From assembly GCA_973895155.1 (NCBI GenBank), contig OZ316894.1, positions 11,696,828-11,760,827 of the forward strand: DNA of 64,000 nucleotides, read 5' to 3'. A program made the translations under genes and the position numbers. Of this stretch, positions 28,107 to 38,484 are shown in pieces (positions within the stretch are counted from its first letter, which is position 1; every line of letters starts with the position of its first letter). The notes beneath the pieces were generated by a model that saw only the letters and a program-made list of their open reading frames with translations, did not search any database and was not told the origin of the DNA. Source of the stretch: Marsupella aquatica (Eukaryota > Plantae > Marchantiophyta).

Positions 28107-28505
28107 ATGGCACCGACTAGAAAATTGAGAGCCATGTTGACTGAAAATGGCAATGGGATCTACAATTTGACCTGGCAGGATCCTAGTGATGTTGAGGGCA
28201 CTCCACCCACTGTCCGGACTGTCACTCTGCAAGAGGTCCTTGCTGATTTTCCAGATTTTTGTACCGCAATTACAGAGTGTCACAGTGATCTCAACCCTGT
28301 AGTCCCAATTGAACAGTTGATCATGTGCGCTGCATATAGTTATGTTGAAACTGTCATGAGAAGGAAGAGATACCAAGTCTACACTCACTTGGCCTACATA
28401 GCAGGGTATGCCAAGAGAACTAAGTTTCTTGAACCTGTTGAAGCTTCTGTGAAAGCAACTTGGCATGATGAAGGAGAGGAATTCGTAGGATTCCTTGCTA
28501 ATTAG
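28107..28505 (+). CDS. KolX-like accessory protein of a Kolobok transposon (resembles the P2X7 ballast/Nanor domain), 132 aa
   Basis: C.AITE.H..L..V ... RRKRYQVY...GY.KR..L...V...VKATW....EFVGF resembles the recalled pattern CIT.H..F...R..AY...G.R..LP.CV...IR..FP...Y.GF. It lies convergent to the transposase. Confidence 0.6.
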   Translation: MAPTRKLRAMLTENGNGIYNLTWQDPSDVEGTPPTVRTVTLQEVLADFPDFCTAITECHSDLNPVVPIEQLIMCAAYSYVETVMRRKRYQVYTHLAYIAGYAKRTKFLEPVEASVKATWHDEGEEFVGFLAN

Positions 28506-29560
28506 GGATAGAGTGGCTTCTACCATACTTCATGTTTTTCTTTCAATGTTTGATATGACTAATAAAGTTTTTTGCAGAATACAACTCCTGCTGGTTGGCA
28601 GCATAAGGGGTTCAATTCCCCTTGGGAGTACATGTTACATCAACACAATAACAAATTTGCATGAGAAATACTTTGTTCTATCTTACTTACATTCTCCCTA
28701 GCTTGTATTATCTTCATTTCTTCTTTCCCAAATGTCGCATTTCTCAAAAGTTGGTAGTATATCCTACAGCACAAGAAAGGTCCTCCTCCAGTCTATTGTG
28801 CATGTCGACCAAACTACTTTTCTCACCAAACACTAAGTGTTTCATGTTCAAACTGCAAGATTTCCTTGTACTGATGGGTCATTGGGGTCGGCACCCTGAA
28901 AATTTGCCTCATTGTAGTCTCTAAAATGGCACTCTATAGTCTATGAAATGACACCCATAAAATTTTGCTCATTTCTCTAAAATGACACTCTGAAATATGA
29001 AATATTGTTCCACCACAATAAACACTTCACATTTGTTTGACCACAACAAGAACTTCATAGTTACAAGATCAGTCACAAAATAACACCAAAAAGACAAAAT
29101 AAAAATTTCCAATGTTCATAGCTCTCATATGAGAGTCAAAAGCTCCATCCATAGCTCTTGCCTTCAGTCCCAACACTACTGGTGCGAGGTCATCATTTTT
29201 CTAGTCAGGTCTCGGCCCTCCTCAAGAGAATCACCCCTACAACAATGACAACCATTTTAGAGGTAGTTACACAATGACAACCATTTTACAGCCATTGAAA
29301 TGATATCTATTTCAATGAACTAATTTTATTATTTGTCTATACTCACATGAAGTATGTTAGCCGAGGTCTTTTATGGAGGGTTGGCACCACTCCATAAGTA
29401 CACTGACAACTATGTTCACCATGTCTCAACCCTCCTGCATAAATCTCCCACAAAATTGTACATTATAATATTAATAATTGTCATCAACATCGATCTAGCA
29501 ATATGCTTACATTGCCACTTGTAAAAGACAATTAGCTCATCACATTACTTTACCTTGGTT

Positions 29561-32500
29561 CTAAGATGGAGGTGGAACTCCATAAATACGCTCACTCGTT
29601 CGGTCCTTCCAATTAGTGGTCCGGTCCACCAACACTCGAGTTCGACCAGGACGCTCTCTAATAGCAGTATTCACGGGCGTGCGATGGTAGACCTTCCATA
29701 CATGTCGGCGGATATTCTCATTCCAATCAAGGGCAGCACAACACAAGCGAGCCTCATGAGTAGCCGAGAAATGAATACGCTTGATGGCATACTTGCCCAT
29801 CACAGAGTGATAGGTCTCTGACATGAAGTTCTCCCGAGCCATCGTATAAAACCTCATCTTGGAAGGAGTAATATACTTCTTCATGAACTTTTGCATGGCC
29901 AAGTGAGTCTCGCCACCTACATGCACAAAACCCACTGACATTGTGAATAATGGGACCCAACAATAACACCCAAATGATATCAGGACAACTATAGTAAGTC
30001 ACATTCATTTGTACCTCGCTCATAATAACGGTCAACCTGGATGGCTCCAGGGTCTCCAAGATGCTGACAAGGTCTATCCGATAGTCTTGCACATAATGCA
30101 TGATCGCCAGCCCAATGATCGGCACAGTTTCCCAACTCAAAGGCCAACGACTCTGCATCTCCCCCACTGCCAAACAAAGAAATACTCAAAACTCTATTAT
30201 AAATGCTACTACACTTCAACCCATATGACAACAATTACACATAAAATGCAAAATTCAAGAAGTCACACCATGCATAAAAAGTTCACATACCTGGTCCTAC
30301 AGCGTCGACAACATACATAGAACCATGTCTTCAATTTTGTGGCCAAGTTATGCTGAGATAACTCTGGATACTTTTGACCACGAGTCTGAATGTGTACTAG
30401 CTCCTCATCAGGTAACCCACGCATGTCGGCAACTTTGTGGACCAGCCCCTCCTTCCTAAGGGTGGAGTACCCTCTCACTCCCTGTGCTTTCAACCAATCT
30501 TGCAACTTTTTAGCAGTAACCGCTTGGAGCTGAGAACGAGATGTGGCAGTATCGATGTCAATAGTAATAGTGTATGTGACGCTCACCATCTTCTCCACAA
30601 ACTTTTTGACCAGGTTCTTAGCCTTATGCCATAGGTCTTTCTGGTTCCTAATCCCCATATCCTCCACAATATTATCAATAGTGGCTTTATCATCATGGAT
30701 AACCTCTGTGATAGATATCCCTGCCTCTCTCAAACTATCCAATGCCTTTTTGGTACCCTTGTCCTCCATGTACCAGGCATTTCTCTCCTCTGGCCGAGTA
30801 ATTGTGACCATCTCAATTACTCTATTATCTTCAGTGTTGAGGATAGAGGTGGTACCATGAAAACCACTCCGAGAAGAATCCCAACGAGTATCGAGATACA
30901 ACACCAACCCTGGATCTGTGTCAAACCACACACAAGTACTAAGAATAAAAATTTAGGAGAAATTGCATCATGATACTAGAAATTTATGACTGGTCTTCTA
31001 GGGGAACTAACTTACTAACCTGTCTCAGTCGTCCGTCGATGCTGAAGCTGGTCCTTCAGCTGCTCCCATAGATGATTTTTGTCTTCCTTCCACTCTTGCT
31101 TCACAGCTGCTATCCATCCACCTTGGGGTCGCCCACGACCACTCTGAAAGTCATGCCAATGACCCGCAGTAGGGACATGTAATCCTAGGTGCGAGGTAAC
31201 AGAAGCCAAGGATGTGTAGGTCAATCCGGAGCAAAGGGTAGAATGATATAACTTGGGAGTAATCATGGGGGAACTCCTCCCTGGCTCATTGTCACCTGTA
31301 ACAAAGGTCCAACCATGTCCATCCACACCACAACCAATGCGAATTGACCATAACTGATGCAACTCCCTAACACGCTCAACTATTGGAGTCCTCAAACATC
31401 CCTGTACATGACATCGAGGGAGTAGCCGATCAACAAACGTAACCAGTAAATGGCGATCAAAAAACCCTACTGTAGCTGGCCGACGGGGTGGTGCTCTACG
31501 AGTCGGCTGAGAGTCCGGAACTGGAGTGGGCTGAGAGTCCGGAACTGGAGTGGGCTGAGAGTCCGGAACTGGAGTGGGCTGAGAGTCCGGAACTGGAGCC
31601 GAGTGAGATTCCGGAACGGGAGATGGCTGAATGTCCGGAATTGGAGATGCCTCCTGATATAATAAATCCACAATCTTATGTCAATAATTATTTTTGATTT
31701 TTCTACAAAGTTTTTGAAAAGGTGATGGTCATGAAAGATCTCATACCTGAAAGGTATCCCCATCCACAATGTCCAAGGCCCCTAGAGCTGCAAGAGCAAC
31801 TGGGTCATCATCTTGATAAAGAGCGTCATCCTCCGCATCTGAGGCATATTGCTCCGCAATATGTTCCTCCAAGACCTCATCCTCTACTCTATCTGAATCC
31901 CCTGCCTCATGTTGGGCAGTCTGCAAATAGTACAAAGGTGAAGTTTAGCAATGAATAGAACCCTAAAAGGTTACTAAACCCTAAAGTTGTAAAGTACCAA
32001 ATTATGAGCAACACCCATATGTTTGAGTTGTGAAAAATATTGTAGTAATAATATGACTGTGGTAACCCTAAAACATATGAAATTTTTTTATTCATGTGTT
32101 GGGGTTTCTTACAACAAAACAAACCCTAACTTTGGCAAACCCTAAACTGTATTTATTAGTAATGACATATTTTCATGGATGTGAGTTAGGTGAGTATATA
32201 GGGGCTCATTACAAAACATAATTATAACTTAGCAAAACTATGCTCAATTGTCATAATCCAACCCTAAACCATAAAATGGTGAAATTGAAGGAAGGGGACT
32301 GTTGGCCGAAATAAAATAGGAACACATGGATACATATATGAATGACACCATAAAAGAGACAATTGTACCTGAAGTGGTGGGCGTGAAGGCTGGCCACGGT
32401 CATGCTCAGCTGCGGCTGGAGGTGCTTCGTCCCCGGGTTCGTCCCCCATCAATTGAGTGGCCTCCGCTATACGCCATGCACGGAGTTCCTCAACCCCAGG

Positions 32501-32749
32501 TCGCGAGTGATCTAGTAACCATGTGACCACAGTAGAATGCGTGGTATCTGGTCCAAGCAAAGCTCTAAGGTCCTCCCACTCATCCCACCGCTCAAGTGGG
32601 ACCCGGATTTCTGGCTTGGCATCCGGTCTCCGTCTCTTCTTATAATCTATATCATCACTCGGATACCGTCGCCTGGGTGGACCACCCCCTCGTTGGGGAC
32701 GTTTCCGCCTCCCATCCAGAAGATTGGGGGGGCGCCCCCCTGTGCTCAT
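29561..32749 (-). CDS. Kolobok-type DDE transposase, spliced. Approximate exons 32749-32369, 31920-31747, 31653-31020, 30916-30291, 30168-30014, 29918-29561
   Basis: N-terminal RVPLERWDEW..L....LLD motif and C2CH ribbon CHVQGC..CGVDGH.W. Catalytic D in LYLDTRWDSS, then WYMEDKG, second D in IHDDK, QKDLWHKAKNL, NCADHWAGDH, and E in MSETYHSVMGKYAIKRIHF...ARLCCAALDWNEN. GT-AG boundaries visible. Confidence 0.75.
31500..31650 (-). repeat. 24-bp coding tandem repeat (PVPDSQPT, about 6 copies) in the transposase
   Basis: GGCTGAGAGTCCGGAACTGGAGTG repeated in frame. Confidence 0.9.
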
Positions 32750-33121
32750 ACTGTCCTATCCTAACACCACCCTGTGAAAATGTACCTAAAACCTAAAAAT
32801 AAAACCTTACATATGAGAACTAGAGACCGGATGCCAAGCCCAACCCGGTGAACAAACACAAAATTACACAAAACAATGCAAAGTCAAAAATGGAGAGGAA
32901 GAAAAGGAAGGAGCACTAGACCTCTTGGAGTCCACTTGTGAGTATGACACCCCAACCCTCCCCCCCTACCAAGACCCCCTCCTCCCTCCTCCGTTGTCCT
33001 CCCCACCTCCCCTCCACGGCTGATCACCTTGGCTGGAACAGAAACCCTAATCCCATGCTCTGGCCGCCACATTTTTGACCCCATAGAGGGGACTTTCCCA
33101 AAAAACAATGTCACATGAACT

Positions 33122-33187
33122 GCAAGGATTCGAACTCAGGACCACCTGGGTGGGAGGCAGGGGTTTGGACCATCATGCTAGGGGAGA
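33122..33187 (-). other. tRNA-like / Pol III promoter sequence
   Basis: Minus strand reads TAGCATGATGG (A-box) ... GAGTTCGAATCCTTG (B-box/T-arm) with tRNA-like spacing. The acceptor stem is not convincing. Confidence 0.5.
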
Positions 33188-33580
33188 TATTCAAAGTTGC
33201 AGATTCCTAAACTGTATATGAGCTAGTAGGCTGCGCCTCAGCCCTGGCCACTTCCCTGTTCTCCCGGCCTGCACCCCGCTTTCTCCCTGGCACCCGACAC
33301 TTTATCACACCAGGTGTCCCCTGCCCGGCCTGCCCGTAAATTTGAATTTCAAATTTACCTCCCCACCCAATCAGAAGCCCCCGTTTGTTTTTCAGTATTT
33401 TCTCGTTCATTTTGGATCATTTTCTAGTGCGGATTTTTCTGGGACGTAGATCTTAGCGAGATCTTCAAAATGAGCCGTAGATCGTTCAGTTTCATGGGCG
33501 GATGAGATTATGGCAGCGGTCGATCGGCGGGCTACCGATGGGCGCCCGTCCGCACTCGCGAGCATGCGGTTTCTGGAGTG

Positions 33581-33605
33581 AGTACTCCGGGTCACCCGGA
33601 GTACT
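33581..33605. repeat. Perfect hairpin, 11-bp stem with 3-nt loop
   Basis: AGTACTCCGGG-TCA-CCCGGAGTACT at the GC-rich to AT-rich boundary. Confidence 0.85.
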
Positions 33606-33899
33606 TATATTACGAATTGTGGTTTAATTGGCCAGATTATATATGCTCCTATTTTTCCTGAAAATCTACCAATTTGAAATAGAAGTGATAGCATGGCAAA
33701 TGCTATTGCTAAGTTGCAAAACCCTAATCTAATAGGAAGAAAAGGCAATGCGCCAATTATAGAACATGTGGGAAGGATTGTGGGTGAGCTTGTTTGACCC
33801 AATTGGCTTGCTGTGTATGTTTGGAAGTTGGGGATGATAGATTTGAAAAGTGTGGGATCTATGGATGATAATGTAATGGACTAAACCCTACAAAAGAGG

Positions 33900-35620
33900 T
33901 GTGCTTCAGCAGCCAATCAACAAAGTTATGAGGCAAGTGACAATACATTGCACATAAGTTTACTTTGGTAATGCCTGTGGTTATATTTATCTGTAAAAGC
34001 CATGTGAAGTTATGGCAGATTTATTGGGGTCAATGGCAAGTCTGAAGGACTGAGTTTGAGAGAGAAGGTGATGGTAGTTCTGGCAATGGCGGCTAGGGTA
34101 GGGTCATCCTGCTAGAATGATCCTTTGGAAGGCAAGATGAAAATATGGTAGAAGGGCCGTCATTGATCAGCTGTCTGAAATTAAAAGTACTGAGGAAAAT
34201 AAAGTCAATTTACTTGGAAGGAATCAGAAGCACAGGAGTGACAACACCAAGTGTCTTTTGACATGGAAGTATATTGGGATTTAGGCACAGTCAAGATGGA
34301 AGAGGAAGGGGCACAAGGACTCCATATCCACATAACAAAACAATGGGAATGGCCAGAAGGACCAACAGCAAACAAGCACACCTCACACAAATTGTAACCT
34401 TGACATGGGAAGAAACATTTCTTGGCAGGACTACAGTTGATACCAGACCAAAGGCAAAAGTTGGAACCACACCACATTACCAGCAATTGTAATATTGATT
34501 GGGTGGATAGTCATGGTGGTGTGCATAGGAACCGGATGTTAAAAAGCTCCTTAGCACATGCCACATTGCAAGAACACCACAAAGGTGATCACGAGTTTGG
34601 ATTTATGGACCCAGAATGGAACCCACAAGAGGGAGACTAGCAACAAAGCCAATCAGAGGAAGAAGAGAGCCATAACCCATAGAATTACAACTTGGATAAA
34701 GAAGCCAGAATGCATATCTTCAAGAAGGATCTTTGAGAGCAACTGGCGCATCTTCCAGGGATTCTGTCAGAAACCCTTGTTGCTGATAAGAACATCATGG
34801 CAAGTACAAAATTATTGCACCACTTCTGACAATAATCCATCTAGAGATTTATTGAAAACTTGAATTGGGCTCATAACTTGATTGGCAACCATATGGGATA
34901 GAGATAGAGCAAAGTAAATGTTTGCTTGGTAAACATTTCTGTTTGTTGTCTCTTCTCCAGTCGAGCCATATCTCCAATGGCATCTGGGCCACAAGATGGT
35001 TCTGGCCATGCCCTTGATCAATGTATGACTTTGACACAAATGCCATGTGATAATCCAACAAAGCTGCAGTCTGGGTGGATCTCCCCCTACTAAATTTTGC
35101 CTTTGAATATTATGAAAATCAGATGCTAGCTAAGGTGGGAATGGTGTTCACGCAAACGTACCACTCTAGAAGCAAATTCTCTCACCTTAGGGGATGTGTT
35201 TAATGTAATCTGAATGACGATTGTGATGAGGACACAAAATGATGACCCAAATGTTGGTAGATACTAGGCGGATTTTATCTACAAAACCATCCTTGATGCT
35301 TGCTTTGCATGCAATTGGGAAAAACAAAAGGTGGGTGAGCCTCAAGCAGATTAAAAGGAGAAAAATCCTTTTGAAACACTAGCCAACTATAATGAGGACT
35401 GGAATGAGGATGAGGAAGGGATATTGAACTAGACAATTGTCATATCACAACAACCAAAGACAGGGGCAACAAATTGACATAATTCATTGGCACCCAAGTT
35501 CAGACAATCTCAGGTCCCTTATGCACTAGGCGTCTAGAGAAAAGGAACCAATTTTTGTCACCTTTGTAAGCCTTGTTGATGTGGACAATTGCCTTGGAAT
35601 TTGATCAAATGAATAAACAT
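33900..35620 (+). mobile_element. Possible highly decayed LINE ORF2 3' region
   Basis: Weak remnants only: FTW...V(S/A)-like segment near 34210 and PLC....E-like zinc-finger remnant near 35520, with many stops. Confidence 0.25.
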
Positions 35621-35779
35621 CCACTTCAAACCGTTTGCCTTTCCACACCATGTAGAGCAATGCATCTTTATACCATATCCCCCGTCCCACATGAACGATT
35701 AGTCAAGACTCTATATACTCTACGTACACCAAATCAATTGACCAGGAGAAGCTAAAATTAATAGTAGTGGAGGCTTGGG

Positions 35780-36137
35780 GTCCCACTCTCCAAAAATTGC
35801 ACATCAGGTGCAACAGTCCGGTAATTGTCACACCATTCTGAGTAGTGTAGTAGTATATCATGCTATTAGAGTATGTATGTTTGGTATGAGTGCTATTGGA
35901 GCCGATAAGGTTCCGTCAGGTTTGTGTGAGAGGGTACTTCTCACTTGTGAGGCATTGAAAGGTCATCTTTCAATGTTGAGCCTTGGAGAGAGAGGAGCTT
36001 GAGTGGCTATGGTGGCTGTGAGCTCCGCTTGTGTAACGTGGATTCCTTGAGTAGTGCAAGGTGCGTTGGCTTGACATACGTGTGTGATCGGATCGGTTTG
36101 TAGGGTAGAAGAGATAGCCGATGATTGCTATTTAACA
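35780..36137 (+). mobile_element. LTR 3' portion of an unrelated element truncating the DNMT-bearing polyprotein
   Basis: Ends GCTATTTAACA exactly where the minus-strand coding character stops. The 5' end is not defined. Confidence 0.4.
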
Positions 36138-36276
36138 GTAGATTGAGCAGTCCCTTCCTGCTCAACAATCTGTCCATAGGTCCATGGACTGTCTGCTCGC
36201 CCCAAGTTGTGGTCAATACTGTCTCAATGGACCACAAGCTCACCAAGGGACAATCAGTAATTCCAGCAGAGCGCAT

Positions 36277-37302
36277 CTACAATTGTTCAGCTACTCCCAA
36301 GCTGATAATCCAAGTCAAATAATTCAGGTCCATTGCTTGACCAAGAACCTGGCGCCGCAAACCCTCTGACACAAAGGCAACTGCAGTGGTGCCAGTCAAA
36401 AATCCCATAGCACGCTCTCTCTCATCAGCAGTAGGCTCCACTAACTGCTGGACAGCTGTGTCCCACACAAGTCCAGGGCCACCTCCTCTGAATGCATATG
36501 AAGTAGAGTGGCTGACAAGAGTGGGTAATGCACAACGTGGGCGCCCAACTGCATTGACCGCTGCCAATGGAGGTCTATCAGGTTGGGTCACACCCTATGC
36601 ACGACGCCCTGGATCCAAAATATCATCCACCACTAAGGCTGGTGAGCGTGGAATGCTGTCAAATGCGCGCTTCAGCACCTCACATGGGATCAAATTGGTC
36701 CACCACAAGCGTGGACGATGTGCACGAGAACCCACACGTGCAACATCCAATAACACAGCAGGTCCAATCCAAGACCTCACTTGGTGAACACTGGCAACAA
36801 TCCGACTACGATCATCACCTAACAATGACACATTCTCCAAAATGTATGTTGGAGACTGTGTCTGATGTAGCTGGAGATAATGTAGCACCCGTAACATCTC
36901 CCAAAACAGTGCAGAGCGTGGATCATGAAGTCCATGCCCAACGCCAGCTCTAGATTGGCCCTGACATGGCCAACCAGCAATCACCAAATCAATGGGGCCA
37001 ACACGATGCAGATGATCCGCCCCCAGCAATGAAATATCAACAGGTAGTGCATGCTGATAACCACGAACAACATCCATTGGCAGCAATTGTGGATATCTAT
37101 CCACCAACATAGCCACATGTCGCAATGAGACCCTCCGTGCTGTCTCATCTATCTCCACATACAAATAACGATGCACAGGAATTCCTGCCTGAATAACAGC
37201 AGCCAATCCAGTGCTAATCCCACTAAAAAGATCCAACAAACAAATACCCTCCGGTGGATATTGCCAAGCAATAGGAGTGGTATCCAATGGTGAAAGAGTC
37301 AC
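36277..37302 (-). pseudogene. C5-cytosine DNA methyltransferase domain within a retrotransposon polyprotein
   Basis: Motifs in canonical order: I LLDLFSGIS, II YVEID, IV IAGWPCQGQS, V RSALF, VI YILENV, VIII RAHRPRLWW, IX ERERAMGF, X LGQAMD. One in-frame TAG at 36595-36597. Confidence 0.9.
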
Positions 37303-37356
37303 AGGTCCATCTGCAAGAGACTGCTCTGCTCCTGACTGTGGTGTAAAAGCATGATG

Positions 37357-38484
37357 TCATGCATCATGTACCAATCGTGCTGCTGCCTGTGGCAAGGCCT
37401 GTGCAGTGCCCCACACTGGTGGCACAACACTGCCAATAGGTAATCCTCGCATGATCTGCTCCTCATGAGACTCCTCCAATGGTGGAACATCGGCTGCATG
37501 CGCATTACCCTCAATCAAATCATCAGGTCCAGCAATTACACCACTGAATGCTGCCAAAGACAATGGTGTGGATTTAGGGCCTCCCACAGGTCCACTAAAT
37601 CTCACTGGCAATTTGCTCAATCGAGCATCTCCTGACTGCCAATCAGGTCTATATGACACTGATTCCTCCCAAAAATCAAGAATAAATCCCATGGGGTAGA
37701 GCACTGTACATCCCACCAACACATTATATGATTCTGCCTTAGTTAGGATAGCTCGCGCCTGTATCTGTGAGCTATCTGTGGTATGACCTTCCTGAATCCT
37801 CAAATCAAGTGATCTCCTGGTGATATGTTGTGTAGGTGTAGGTCCCCCCAATGAAGTCTGAATGGGAAAGGGACAATCCTCCAAATCTTCTAGACGCAAT
37901 CTCAATCCACGTATGGCAGACTTCCCCAACATCAAGGGCTGAGCACCAGTATCCAGTAACACTCTCTCTGGCTGGTATACTGCTCCAGAAGGCCCAACTA
38001 ATCGAAAGATACCACTCCAATTATCCAATGACACAACACTAGGTTTAAACCTAGTCCTCTCAAATGCAGGGCGTGCTGGTAAATCCACCAACCTTACTGC
38101 TGCTGCATGCCATGTCTCACTAGTAGCAGTAGGTGGTATGGTCTTCACTGCTTCAACACTGCAAGTTGCTTCTGCATGGGAAGCAACAACTGGGGTGTCC
38201 TCACAGAGTGTAGCTGGCAATCTGAACACTTCTACAAGACCAACTCCCAAGTTTAGCATGTTTGTCGCTGAAAATAATGGGGTGCGTACTATGGCAGTAG
38301 CCACCCCCAGTAGGGTACCTGTCATCCCTATTGTATCACTACCGGATTCTGCCAACTCACCCACGCCAGGGTTTGTCCAAACCGGGTTCATAGAGGCAGT
38401 CTGAACTGTCTCTGACAATGTAAAAGACTGAGGAAGCTTTGTCTGCCGACGTGCATCCCCTCTCTGTGGATCTAGCTCCACCAC
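37357..38484 (-). pseudogene. Retroviral-type aspartic protease region
   Basis: VLLDTGA catalytic motif and YNVLVG (YDVLLG-like). Same reading frame as the downstream DNMT. Confidence 0.85.

Noticed and set aside
27180-28128. 235-aa and 196-aa plus-strand ORFs as genes
   Set aside because: Low-complexity translations of GC-rich repeats with non-ATG starts and no recognisable domain.
31965-32270. Interstitial telomere array (AAACCCTAA copies)
   Set aside because: Isolated, non-tandem telo-box-like motifs that are common throughout this window.
36277-37302. Bacterial restriction-modification methylase or contamination
   Set aside because: It is in frame with a retroviral protease, decayed like the flanking TE, embedded among intron-containing plant genes, and has no endonuclease partner.
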